Below, piece after piece: positions 36,110 through 48,908 of a stretch of 64,000 nucleotides of DNA (the first letter of the stretch is position 1; each line of letters begins with the position of its first letter). The stretch spans positions 1,798,001-1,862,000 of the forward strand of contig CM075991.1 of the NCBI GenBank assembly GCA_038087875.1, given 5' to 3'. The notes below the pieces were generated by a model. That model had not been told where the DNA came from and made no database searches. It worked only from the letters and a program-made list of their open reading frames with translations. Made by a program: the position numbers and the translations under genes. The DNA comes from Malacoraja senta. Taxonomy: Eukaryota.

Positions 36110-39100
36110 CAGACAAGAGGGAGCAGCTGATTGGGAGTCAGATCCCTGCTGATTGTACTGTATTGTAGCAGTTTGTTTTGTATTGTATCCAGGGTAAGGG
36201 GAGTATGAGGGCCAGGGCAGTTTACTGTTCTGGATGTCAGATGTATTGTATCCAGGGTAAGGGGAGTATGAGGGCCAGGGCAGTTTACTGTTCTGGATGT
36301 CAGATGTATTGTATCCAGGGTAAGGGGAGTATGAGGGCCAGGGCAGTTTACTGTTCTGGATGTCAGATATATTGTATCCAGGGTAAGGGGAGTATGAGGG
36401 CCAGGGCAGTTTACTGTTCTGGATGTCAGATGTATTGTATCCAGGGTAAGGGGGGAGTATGAGGGCCAGGGCAGTTTACTGTTCTGGATGTCAGATGTAT
36501 TGTATCCAGGGTAAGGGGAGTATGAGGGCCAGGGCAGTTTACTGTTCTGGATGTCAGATGTGGGAAGTCATGGAGTCTGATAGCCCTCCAGACGTCCACA
36601 TCTGCGCCAGGTGTATCGAGATGGGGCTCCTAAGGGACCGTATTAGGAACCTGGAGCAGCAGCTCGTTGACCTCCGTCTGGTCAAGGAGAGCGAGGAAGT
36701 CATTGAGAGGAGTTACAGGGAGGTGGTCACTCCAAGACCACAGGAGGCAGGCAAGTGGATCACGGTTGGGAGAGGCAAGGGGCACAGGCAGGGACTAGAG
36801 AGTACTCCGGTGGCTGTACACCTTGACAATAAGTACTCCTGTTTGAGCACTGTTGGGGGGGACAGCCTACCTGGGGTAGCGACAGCGGCCGGGCCTCCGG
36901 TACAGAGACCGGTCCTGTTGCTCAGAAGGGTAAGGAAAAGAAGAGGAGGGCAATACTAATAGGGGACTCTATAGTTAGGGGGTCAGACAGGCGATTCTGT
37001 GGACGCAGTTGGGAGACCCGGATGGTAGTTTGCCTCCCTGGTGCCAGGGTCTGTGATGTGTCTCAACATGTCCAAGATATCCTGAAAGGGGAGGGAGAGG
37101 AGCCTGAGGTCGTGGTACATATAGGTACCAATGACATCGGTAAAAAAAGAGGTCCTGAAAGGAGAATTTAGGGAGTTAGGAGGGGAGTTAAAGAGTAGGA
37201 CAGCAAAGGTAACAATCTCGGGATTACAGCCTGTGCCACGCGACAGTGAGAGTAGGAATGGAGCGAGGTTGAGGATAAATGCCTGGCTGAAGGACTGGTG
37301 CAGAGGGCAGGGATTCAACATTCTGGATCATTGGAACCTCTTTTGTGGAAGGTGCGACCTGTCCAAAAAGGATGGGTTGCACTTGAACCCGAGGGGGACC
37401 GATATCCTGGCTGGGAGATCTGCAAAGGCTACTGGGGAGACTTTAAACTCGAATGGTTGGGGGGAGGGACTCAAATAGAGAAAGCTATTAGACAGTGTGT
37501 GAGGCAGGAGGCAGAGAAAGATAGCACTCAGACCCAACATGTAGGGGGGAAAGAAGAAAACAATAATAAACAGAGAATAAGAGGTGGTGGGGTTCTTAAG
37601 TGGGTGAGCAGAGAAACCGAGGGGTGTAAAATGCGGGCGGAAGCAATAGGTAGCAAGGTGAAAAGTAAAAGTGGCAGGCAGACAAATCCAGGGCAAAAAT
37701 CAAATAGGGCCACTTTTCAACATAATTGTATAAGGGGTAAGAGCGTTGTAAAAACAAGCCTGAAGGATTTGTGTCTCAATGCAAGGAGCATTCATAATAA
37801 GGTGGGTGAGTTGAACGTGCAGATAGCTATTAATGATTATGATATAGTTGGGATCACGGAGCCATGGCTCCAGGGTGACCAAGGCTGGGAGTTGAACATC
37901 CAGGGATATTCAATATTCAGGAGGGATAGAGAGAAAGGAAAAGGAGGTGGGGTAGCGTTGCTGGTTAGAGAGGAGATTAACGCAGTGGAAAGGAAGGACA
38001 TTAGCTTGGAGGATGTGGAATCGGTATGGGTAGAGCTGCGAAACACTAAGGGGCAGAAAACGCAGGTGGGTGTTGTGTACAGGCCACCTAGCAGTAGTGG
38101 TGAAGTTGGGGATGGCATCAAACAGGAAATTAGAAATGCGTGCAACAAAGGCAAAACAGTTATAATGGGTGACTTCAATCTACATATAGATTGGATGAAT
38201 CAAATTGGCAGGGGTGCTGAGGAAGAGGATTTCGTGGAATGTATGCGGGATAGTTATCTAAACCAACATGTACAGGAACCAACGAGAGAGCAGGCTATTC
38301 TAGACTGGGTATTTAGTAATGAGGAAGGGTTAGTTAGCAGTCTTGTTGTGCATGCCCCCTTGGGCAAGAGTGACCATAATATGGTTGAGTTCTTCATTAG
38401 GATGGAGAGTGACATTGTTAATTCAGAAACAACAGTTCTGAACTTAAAGAAAGGTAACTTTGAGGGTATGAGACGTGAATTGGCCAAGATTGACTGGCAA
38501 TTAGTTCTAAAAGGGTTGACGGTGGATATGCAATGGAAGGCATTTAAAGACTGCATGGATAAACTACAAAAATTGTTCATCCCAGTTTGGCAATAGAATA
38601 AATCAGGGAAGGTAGTGCATCCGTGGATAACAAGGGAAATCAGGGATAGTATCAATGCGTACAAATTAGCCAGAAAAAGCAGCATTCCAGAGGACTGGGA
38701 GAAATTCAGAGACCAGCAGAGGAGGACAAAGGGCTTAATTAGGAAAGGGAAAATAGATTATGAAAGAAAACTGGCAGGGAACATAAAAACTGACTGCAAA
38801 CGTTTTTATAGATATGTGAAGAGAAAGAGCTTAGTTAAAACAAATGTAGGTCCCTTGCAGTCAGAAACAGATGAATTGATCATGGGGAACAAGGATATGG
38901 CGGACCAATTGAATAACTACTTTGGTTCCGTCTTCACTAAGGAAGACATAAATAATCTGCCGGAAATAGCAGGGGACGGCGGGTCAAAGGAGATGGAGGA
39001 ACTGAGTGAAATCTAGGTTAGTCGGGAAGTGGTGTTGGGTACATTGAATGGATTAAAGGCCGATAAATCACCAGGGCCAGATAGGCTGCATCCCAGAGTA

Positions 39101-40612
39101 CTTAAGGAAGTAGCTCCAGAAATAGTGGATGCATTAGTGATAATTTTTCAAAACTCTTTAGATTCTGGAGTAGTTCCTGAGGATTGGAGGGTAGCAACGT
39201 AACCCCACTTTTTAAGAAGGGAGGGAGAGAGAAAACGGGGAATTACAGACCAGTTAGTCTAACATCGGTAGTGGGGAAACTGCTGGAGTCAGTTATTAAA
39301 GATGGGATAGCAGCACATTTAGAAAGTGGTGAAATCATTGGACAAAGTCAGCATGGATTTACGAAAGGTAAATCATGTCTGCGGAATCCTATAGAATTTT
39401 TCGAGGATGTAACTAGTAGAGTGGATAGGGGAGAACCAGTGGATGTGTTGTATCTGGACTTTCAGAAGGCTTTCGACAAGGTCCCACATAAGAGATTAGT
39501 ATACAAACTTAAAGCACACGGTATTGGGGGTTCAGTAGTGATGTGGATAGAGAACTGGCTGGCAAACAGGAAGCAAAGAGTAGGAGTAAACGGGTCCTTT
39601 TCACAATGGCAGGCAGTGACTAGTGGGGTACCGCAAGGCTCAGTGTTGGGACCCCAGCTATTTACAATTTATATTAATGAACTGGATGAGGGAATTGAAG
39701 GCAACATCTCCAAGTTTGCGGATGACACTGCTGGGGGGCAGTGTTAGCTGTGAGGAGGATGCTAGGAGACTGCAAGGTGACTTGGATAGGCTGGGTGAGT
39801 GGGCAAATGTTTGGCAGATGCAGTATAATGTGGATAAATGTGAGGTTATCCACTTTGGTGGCAAAAACAGGAAAGAAGTCTATTATCTAAATGGTGGCCG
39901 ATTAGGAAAAGGGGAGATGCAGCGAGACCTGGGTGTCATGGTACACCAGTCATTGAAAGTAGGCATGCAGGTGCAGCAGGCAGTGAAGAAAGCGAATGGT
40001 ATGTTAGCTTTCATAGCAAAAGGATTTGAGTATAGGAGCAGGAAGGTTCTACTGCAGTTGTACAGGGTCTTGGTGAGACCACACCTGGAGTATTGTGTAC
40101 AGTTTTGGTCTCCAAATCTGAGGAAGGACATTATAGCCATAGAGGGAGTGCAGAGAAGGTTCACCCGACTGATTCCTGGGATGTCAGGACTTTCATATGA
40201 AGAAAGACTGGATAGACTTGGCTTATACTCGCTAGAATTTAGGAGATTGAGAGGGGATCTTATAGAAACGTACAACATTCTTATGGGGTTGGACAGGCTA
40301 GATGCAGGAAGATTGTTCCCGATGTTGGGGAAGTCCAGGACAAGGGGTCACAGCTTAAGGATAAGGGGGAAATCCTTTAAGACCGAGATAAGAAAAAACG
40401 TTTTCACACAGAGAGTGGTGAATCTCTGGAACTCTCTGCCACAGAGGGTAGTTGAGGCCAGTTCATTGGCTATATGTAAGAGGGAGTTAGATGTGGCCCT
40501 TGTGGCTAAAGGGATCAGGGATATGATCAGCCATGATCATATTGTATGGCGGTGCAGGCTCGAAGGGCCGAATGGCGACCTGCTGCACCTATTTTCTATG
40601 TATCTATGTATG
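36110..40612 (+). mobile_element. Near full-length CR1 LINE (ORF1 Zn-finger/zipper/SGNH esterase; ORF2 APE plus RT), inactivated; intronic and antisense to the SRCR gene
   Basis: CxxC..Cxx[44 protein letters not shown]; stops at 38594 and 39014 plus several frameshifts; TATGTATC-type tail. Confidence 0.95.
36181..36560 (+). repeat. Six tandem 63-bp units spanning the CR1 ORF1 start codon
   Basis: Units start at 36181, 36244, 36307, 36370, 36433 (65 nt, two extra G) and 36498; each encodes MRARAVYCSGCQMYCIQGKGS. Confidence 0.95.
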
Positions 40613-41095
40613 TGCAGATAGCAGCAGTGTGGCGGACGGTGACGAGAAATTGAAATTTCCGCAGATTTGTCAATTTAGGAAGTGACAGATAAGTGACAGA
40701 TAAGGATTGCGTTGCATCAAATGAATGTTAAGAGATGGGGAATAAGGAAGTCCTAGTTCATTAAACGCGAGGAAAGTGCAACATCTTGATGTGATGAATA
40801 GAATCTAATCAGAATGTTCGAGGTTCTGCAGCGGGTTCGCATCAGTGGAATGAGCCAAATGTTGAACAGATATTTGAACGACGGTCACGTGACTAATCGA
40901 GCAGGCATCCAACAAGAAACCATTAACCTTTCCATTCTGTTGCTACAAATGGAGAATTTGAATAGAACCATTTAAAGAGTTACAAAATATACTTATTTAA
41001 TAATGCAAGAACATTGGGAAAAGTGGTTGGAACCGGAGTCTCACCGAGTTGTGAAATACTATCCGCAACAATAATTGTGTAAAGTTGAACCTCAC

Positions 41096-41212
41096 CTCTT
41101 TTTGCTGCCCGTCTCCGTGATATCATCATCAGTGCGAGTAATTCACCGATGAGGACAATTCCAAGGGTTATACAGGCGACAACAATCATAGAGGGCATTT
41201 TATTCCCCAACA
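41096..41212 (-). CDS. SRCR receptor: transmembrane exon
   Basis: tatttcag| and GAG|gtgagg; 117 nt; MIVVACITLGIVLIGELLALMMI followed by basic stop-transfer SRRRAAKR. Confidence 0.85.
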
Positions 41213-42578
41213 CTGAAATACAAATTCAGGGATAACTTCATAACAGACGTTGTAGCTCCATAGTTAAAGCAGGCGCAGCGAACTTTGATTAATTTTCACC
41301 TCTGATTGTGCATCTTCCTTCGCCACGAATGTTCCCAATAATCCTCTGGGGCATTGCAGCAGATTAACACGTGAGTGGAAACCAATAAAAATACTAATTC
41401 TCAATGAGGCCTGGTTTATCAGGACTATCCCTTGCATAGTGGTCCCCATTGGCTGCAGGCCGCGTGATTTCTCATGCCATGGAGAACAAACTCGACCGAA
41501 GCAAGTTATTTTGGTTTCCACTCACAATTCTGGATTTGGAACGATTGCCCGTTCAAGAATACATAAAAATATCCCCAGATTAGCCGCGTCTGCAAATAGG
41601 TTGTGTGATTCAATGATCATCACCAAGCATCTCGCGATAGAGGAACTCGAATAGGATACATTTTCGGAGTCGAGTGAACTAGTTTAATGAAAACAAGACA
41701 AGCAATAACACTTATAATTAGGGCTCTGCCGTTGATGTTTTGTTTTACATTTTCCTGCCGATGACCACTACACAGGGGTTATGACGGCACAGAGAGATGT
41801 GGTGAAATCAACGGAATTCTCTGTCGTGCTGGGCAGAACGGAATGAATACAGAACATATCGGAAAGTCCTGATTCCTAACCAGTGGCGCCCTGTATCCAA
41901 CTAGCAGATACATAATTATATTCAAACATAATGTGTATCCACAGAGCTCGGCACACACCCGGTGTCATAAAATCCAAATCAGAGGAATACTGACACCAAG
42001 AAGTGCATGTCCTAAATGTTAACATCGTTTTGCTCAGGATGATGCTTGTTACAAAGGGCCGAACATGTATGATATGCACTAAGAGTAAGTCATCAGGGGT
42101 ATTTCGACAATACTTTATAAAAGAGCGAACCATTTTCTCCACTGACTCGAAATACAACCGTCAGTTAGGAATAATGACACCGACAAATTCTTCTCAACGT
42201 CACAACTTATCTTGTTTCCAACACATGATACGAATTCATTAATAGCCGCGACTCTAAAATCAGTAATCCTAACCGAAATGCGCATTAAAAATTCTACCAA
42301 CTGCCGCCTTTCATTGAGGCAGCTGATCGCCACTTTATTGGGGGTGTCGAGGGCGGACAACAATGCGGACGTCCGCATTCTGTGCCGTCACAAAGATATT
42401 TTGGCTGTAGTTGGACACACAGTTTTAGAAGTTTACAAGACTGGTTCGAATACTGGGCTAAACAATGTGTAAACTATCCATCGTGTACTTTGTAATTAGC
42501 AAATCGTACACAGCGAGTATCAGCATTGTCAGCAAAGATTGGAATTCTAAACATCAACAACGCGTGAATAATAAATAC

Positions 42579-42614
42579 CTGAAATGCTGGAGCCAGTGGG
42601 AATCAAAACTGGAC
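42579..42614 (-). CDS. SRCR receptor: 36-nt stalk exon (GPVLIPTGSSIS)
   Basis: gttcacag| and CAG|gtattt; phase 1-1. Confidence 0.65.
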
Positions 42615-42747
42615 CTGTGAACATTATTGCAAACACATTTTATCAACTTATTCTAATTAGGTTTTCTGCATTAAAGAAACTAAAAACACATTTAATTGTG
42701 ATTTTAAAGTGTTATAATGATTCAGGAATCTGTCGAACACGACGTAC

Positions 42748-43059
42748 CGGAACAAATAACAATGACATCCTCCTTGTGATCACAGTCATGCTGACCGAGC
42801 GGTGAAGCCAGACACCGGGACAGGAATGATTCACTTCCTGTGCATTTGACTTCATCCAGCCAGATATCCCCGGAGACTGGGGCAATGGGAGCCGCTCCTG
42901 GAGTCCAACGAGCAGCGCCACATCCCAACTGTCTGCAGACGACATTGGCATCAGCAACATCCCAGGAGTCATCACACACTGTGCCCCAGCTGTTGTTGAA
43001 CAATAACTGAACCCTTCCGGAGCAATTGTTGCTGCCGCCATCAAGCCGCAGTGGTAAAT
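42748..43059 (-). CDS. SRCR receptor: membrane-proximal group B SRCR domain exon
   Basis: LRLDGGSNNCSGRV..WGTVCDDSW..VVCRQLGCG..IWLDEVKC..CDHKEDVIVICS; 312 nt, 8 Cys. Confidence 0.95.
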
Positions 43060-43149
43060 CTGTAAAGTTAAAAATAATCACTTATTATGCGTTAAATACA
43101 CATGCGGAATTGACGTCAGGCTGATGCTAAAATTAATAAGATGACTCGC

Positions 43150-43224
43150 CTGGTAAACGGCGAGATTGAGATTCATTTCCTTCGTCACAGGCCTTTCCAC
43201 TGGATCTCTCTGGCATTTCGGCAT
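43150..43224 (-). CDS. SRCR receptor: 75-nt interdomain linker exon with GC donor
   Basis: cttctccacag| and CAG|gcgagt; DAEMPERSSGKACDEGNESQSRRLP; phase 1-1. Confidence 0.7.
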
Positions 43225-43307
43225 CTGTGGAGAAGAGGTGGATGCTGACGGTTTTATACATGCAGGTTTAATATGTCAGCCGCCATATGATGTCTTTCTT
43301 GTGTTAC

Positions 43308-43625
43308 CTTCACATGCAACACCTACATCCTCTCCGTGGCGACAGTTGTGTTTCCCCCAAGGGTCTGACTGACACTGCCAAAGGGTCGACTCGTGCGAAA
43401 TACATTCCATCTCATCGAGCCATATGGGCCCAGAACCCGCTCCATATTTCCAGACGCCATAATAAATAGATTTGAGAGGTCCACATTTTACTTGTTTACA
43501 GATCACTTCCGCTTCCTTTCTGTGAAACTTCTCGGAGCACACTGTCCCCCATGTCCCGTTGTACCGCACTTCCACTCTCCCTTCACATCGATGCTCTCCG
43601 TTCACAAGGCGCATCTCTTTGTGCT
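43308..43625 (-). CDS. SRCR receptor: SRCR domain exon
   Basis: HKEMRLVNGEHRCEGRVEV..WGTVC..PIWLDEMEC..NCRHGEDVGVACE; 318 nt. Confidence 0.95.
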
Positions 43626-45321
43626 CTGTGAACGAAGCGGGTAATATATAGATTATCACAATGTTTCCATCAACAGCCAGCAAAGATTCTTTGTCGCTGA
43701 ACAAAAAGGCGCATCTAGTTTAACAAAACAAATCGCCGGAAAACACTCATCAGCGAGGCTGAGTTGGGAAAAATAACTGCGTCAGATAATCACAAAGTGA
43801 GCTGTTCAGTCAAGTTGCCGAAAGTGGAGGGGAGGGGAATATGCATCTGGCGGTGAAATGTTGTTGAAGTTGTGGGAAATTGCGGAAGATCAAACACTGA
43901 AAGTGGATACTGGTGGGATGGAAGTTAAATGAACGAGGAAACATTGTTCTTGTCCATGTTGAGGGGACGCGAGCAGTGATTCCAGAAATAACAACGGCAA
44001 TAATTGGTCAATGATTCTACAATCGTTCGTGAAGAAACCGCACGGTTTAACACTTCAAAGGGAACGCTCACTTCACGACCCGCTGGTCCTTTCTTCTAAT
44101 GCGCCGACCAAATTCCCACTCATACTCTGTCACTTCTCTCTGTGACCTCCTTCATTGTAAACTCCGTCGCAATAGAAGCTCGAGGTACCACGTTCCATCT
44201 CCGCCTGGGAATTTGAAGTTCCACCGCACTCAATAACGAATTTCTCATCGTTAGGTGTTTCGATGTTTCTCTCTGAATGTATGACAACTGTCGTTCCTAT
44301 CTGTCAGTATTTGGGGGTCAGATTTGTTTAAGGAGATTAACCAGTCCCATGGTAGTTTCAAAATGTTTTGCGGTCCAGGAAATTTTCTTGAAACATGCGT
44401 GTACCACAGAGCGGACATGGACGTTTAGAAGCTGCATGGCATATAATTTGGATCTATCGGTTTCAATGGGTAGGTTATGTAGAATCATGATTAAAATCAC
44501 AGCACGCAATACGAGAAATCCAATTGTGAAAATATATGGGAGAATAATTTCGAGAGTTAAAGGCTGAAAGTGAAATCGGCAGAATTTCAAGAGAAAAAAT
44601 AATTTTCCAGCACGTCAAAATGACGTTTCACAGTCATAATACCCATTATAAGTGTATAACATCAAGTGCATAACCGGGGAATCTGGATGGTCTACCCTTC
44701 TATTTCCCGAAAGATAAAAATGCGTAAACTTGAGGTTGTAACTACAATTATTTGTATATTCAAATTAAATTTAAATCCAAATCTAAATTATTCGTATATC
44801 CAAATGCATTTGAATGTATGAAAGGGGATATGTTCCTCATTGATAGAAGTTCACATTGCAGGTTATAATGTGAGGGAGTTGATATTCAACGCAAACGTGC
44901 GTTTTACGAAAGACGTTTCTGGAATTGTAGACGACTGTAGGCACACAAGGAGATAGAGTTGTAAAGAAGGCGTTAGGTATGCTTGCCTTCCTCTGTCGGG
45001 GAAATGAGTATAAGAGTCAGGAAGTCACATTTTAGCTTTAATTAGGTTAGGGCGCATTTGCTGTATTGTGTGCAGTTCTGGTCGCCCCGTTCCAGGAAGA
45101 ATGTGGAGGCTTTGGAGTGGGCGCAAAACAGATTGAATAGCGGTGTAATTTTTAATCACGAGAGGGCAGAGCTTTACGGTGAGAGAGGCAAAGATTAAAG
45201 AAGATGTCCATGCCAGGTTTCTCACACATGGAGTGGCGGGTGCCTGAAACATGCTGTCAGGTTGGTCGCGAAGGGAGATAGGATATTGACATTTAGAAGG
45301 CTTTTCCATCGGTGTTTGTTA

Positions 45322-46124
45322 CATAGAAACATAGAAAATAGGTGGAGTAGGCCATTCGGCCCTTCGAGCCTGCACCGCCATTCAATATGATCATGGCTGA
45401 TCATCCAACTCAGTATCCCGTACCCGCCTTCTCTCCATACCCCCTGATCCCTTTAGCCACAAGGGCCACATCTAACTCCCTCTTAAATATAGCCAACGAA
45501 CTGGCCTCCACTACCTTCTGTGGCAGAGAGTTCTAGAGATTCACCACTCTCTGTGTGAAAAATGTTTTTCTCATCTCGGTCCTAAAGGATTTCCCCTCTA
45601 TCCTTTAGCTGTGACCCCTTGTCCTGGACTTCCCCAACATCGGGAACAATCTTCCTGCATCTAACCTGTCCAACCCCTTAAGAATTTTTTAAGTTTCTAT
45701 AAGTTCCCCCCTCAATCTCCTAAATTCTAGCGAGTACAAGCCGAGTCTATCCAGTCTTTCTTCATATGAAAGTCCTGACATCCCAGGAATCAGTCTGGTG
45801 AACCTTCTCTGCACTCCCTCTATGGCAATAATGTCCTTCCTCAGATTTGGAGACCAAAACTGTACGCAATACTCCAGGTGTGGTCTCACCAAGACCCTGT
45901 ACAACTGCAATGGAACCTCCCTGCTCCTATACTCAAATCCTTTTGCTATGAATGCTAACATACCATTCGCTTTCTTCACCGCCTGCTGCACCTGCATGCC
46001 TACTTTCAATGACTGGTGTACCATGACACCCAGGTCTCGTTGCATCTCCCCTTTTCCTAATCGGCCACCATTTATATAATAGTCTACTTTCCTGTTTTTG
46101 CCTCCAAAGTGGATAACCTCACAT
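45322..46124 (-). mobile_element. Young CR1 3' fragment of the same subfamily as 39838-40610
   Basis: ORF 45689-46045 is nearly identical to the corresponding part of ORF 39623-40621; (TCTATGTT)-like tail. Confidence 0.95.
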
Positions 46125-46342
46125 GTTCTAACTTCCCTGGACCCAGGAAACTGCTGATAGAGAAATCAACAGAGCGGAATGAGTCTGATGTTGAGTGGGT
46201 GACAACTTCCTCAGAGTGAAGCCTCTGCACCGTTACCCGCAGTCAATGCTCCCTGTGGATGCTGTAAATTATTTATTACATCTCTGGAATGAATCCTTCC
46301 ATCCCTTGCTGCAGGGAATCAGCAGATTTAAGGTACCCTTAC

Positions 46343-46657
46343 CAGAACACTTCATTGTCACATCTTCTTTATGACTGCAATCGTGTTCACCCAGTGGTGC
46401 GGAGGGACACTCCCAGAGATATGATTCGTTACCCGAGCATCTTACTTCATCCAACCAAATAGGACCACGACTTCCTCCACAGTATCCAAGAGGTTTATCT
46501 TGCAAAGCATATCCACAACCCAGCTGCCTGCAGACCACGTTATCATCAAGCAGATCCCATAAGTCATTACAAACTGTGCCCCAAGACCCGTGGTAATAAA
46601 GCTCCAGTCGTCCAGCACATGTACTTCCACCCCCGGTCAGTCGTAATCGGCGGTGGT
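46343..46657 (-). CDS. SRCR receptor: SRCR domain exon
   Basis: HRRLRLTGGGSTCAGRLELYYHGSWGTVCNDLW..CRQLGCG..CSHKEDVTMKCS; 315 nt; CTG|gtaagg. Confidence 0.95.
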
Positions 46658-47918
46658 CTGTTGAATAACAGCAGGGGAGTTGATCAAAGGTTTAGGTTAT
46701 TATTGTGTACAATGATCAACTTTTGCATCCAATCTAATCGGATCAATTGATACTATACATAAATACAAGCAAGTCAAACTGCAATAGATAGATACACGGA
46801 AATATACAATGTGCAGAATATACTTTTCCGCATCTAGCGCACCAGCTCTATCAACAAAGTCCGAAGTCCGCAATGGGGTGGAGGTGAATCGTACAGTATC
46901 CCAGCTCATGGAAGGATCGTTCATAAGCCCGATAACTGAGGGGAAGAAGATAAAACAGGGGGTCCCCTATGTAATTGCACATTATGTCTGTCAATTGGTC
47001 AGAATTTCTGAATCTGCTTGAGCAATTATATTTACAAGAATTCTACATTTAGCTCAGATTTAGCTCAGAGAAAATCTAAAGTATAAGTTGAAACATAAAA
47101 TGCTGGAAGACTCGGCGTGTTGGTTACGGTCTGAACCCCCAGACTGACTCTCCGACTTCAAACCCTGCAGAGATACATACATGGACATCACGACCATCCC
47201 AGCTGGCGACCGACTTCTTGGTTCGAGGAACTGCCCTCAGGACCACACTCGGTTTACAGTGGCAAGCATCGGCCATGTCACTCGGTGGTTGTAGATTATT
47301 CATATAAAACCGGATGTTTTCAGGGTCTGGGCCATGGGCTCCTCATGTCTCCACTGGGGGGCGCTCAGCCGCCAGGGCTGTCAGGCGAAGGGGTGGACCA
47401 GACGGTGGGGAAGCGACCAACATGGCGCTGTGGCTTGTTGTCAAAGCGCCCGACTGTCCGTTCACAATGGGGGTGAGGAGAACTCGGTGAGAACGGGGTG
47501 ATGACGCCCGGATAAACCCCGCTCGCCTAGAATTGTTCATTGGAAGCAGGCCCCGAAATCCCCGTCTGGAGTCAGCCCGGCAAAACCACGAGCTGTCCCT
47601 CGGAAATGCCCCCGGTGTTGTTCCACACCACACCAGGGCGTTTCTTGTGTAGACTTCTCCTTCACACGCTCCACTCCTCACCATCGCCTGCCATTGTATA
47701 TTGTCCCCAGTGTGTAAGTGAGTTGTAGTCTGGGGGTGGCAGTTGTCGGGAGAACACAATGGACATCGTGTAAAAGGGGATTTGATTATTGGCGCGGAAA
47801 TTATGAGCCCAAGAGCCAGATGCCGATCTACATATCTCTAGAACTCGAACTTCCTTCTCATTATTAATCTTTCACAATTTTATCATTTTTTAATTTCAAA
47901 CGTTGTTACAATATTCAC

Positions 47919-48232
47919 CTGAACACAGGACCCCAACGCCGTTGCTGTCAGTGAGAAACGGATTCATGGTAAATGTGCTGCAATTTCGGAGTTGCGCCTC
48001 GTCCCCTTCACAGTGAACGTCGTTCACCCACACGGGCAGCTCACTCTCTCCGTACCTTGAGGAATTGTAGGCGAATATGGCGGAGCCGCAGCCCAACTCT
48101 CTGCAGACCACGTTGGAATCATTGATGTTCCAGGAGCGATCCTGTACTCGCCCCCAGCTGCCATTGTGGTAAACCTCCACTCGGCCGTCGCAGCGGCTGC
48201 CCCATTGCTCAGCCTCAGAGACCAACTCTCAC
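47919..48232 (-). CDS. SRCR receptor: SRCR domain exon (6-Cys variant) with an apparent 1-nt deletion at 48200-48203
   Basis: ESWSLRLSNG shifts frame to GSRCDGRVEV; 314 nt rather than 315; splice sites tttgtag| and CAG|gtgaat intact. Confidence 0.85.
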
Positions 48233-48429
48233 CTACAAAACGAAACACGTTGACTGAAAATGTTAAACTGAAGCCAAAACATTCCATACATTATCAACGT
48301 GTAGCTGGTCAGCTACTAGTTGTAAGGGTTGTTTGCTGCCACAGTTGCCCACATTACCAAACTTCTGAATTCACTGGGATGGAACCTTCTCCAAGGCAGA
48401 CGTAAAACTCACCGTTTGGCCTGATTTTA

Positions 48430-48830
48430 CAAAATGTTAAATGTTCAGCTCGACATAGATTACCAAACCTACACCAAACATATCAGGAGCAGACGAGGGC
48501 ATCCGATCCAATTTGAGATACCTGCTACCAAGACAAATGTGTACAGCAATTCATGCTTCCCCCGCACAATTAAAGCATGGAATAGTAATCACCCTACCAT
48601 AGTTACCCAACCAGACGCAACTAAATTTAAGGTAGCTCTTTTACTCCAAGAACACTTTTTTGCTGAAGTCCACCCTCCGCCACCTCCAGTTTAAATTCCA
48701 CTTGGAATATTTTTGGAGGACCGGGAAACCAGGAAACCAAGCAACCACATGTCGTTTCGGCAGAAAAACAGCACCAGTCACTATCCTCTGCGTACACGGA
48801 AAAGCACACCGAGTAATATATGTGTCCAAC
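48430..48830 (+). mobile_element. CR1-group LINE 3' end of a different subfamily
   Basis: ..RSRRGHP..TNVYSNSCFPRTIKAWNS matches the SFFPRTI..WN C-terminal motif. Confidence 0.6.
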
Positions 48831-48908
48831 CTAGAGAGCCGGGTCCAGCAACAAGAAAAACAACAGTCTATTGAAGAAACACCAGTAAACGATAGTCACC
48901 TATTCATC

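Noticed and set aside
36181..36560. CRISPR-like array
   Set aside because: Head-to-tail identical units with no unique spacers, inside a eukaryotic LINE; no cas genes.
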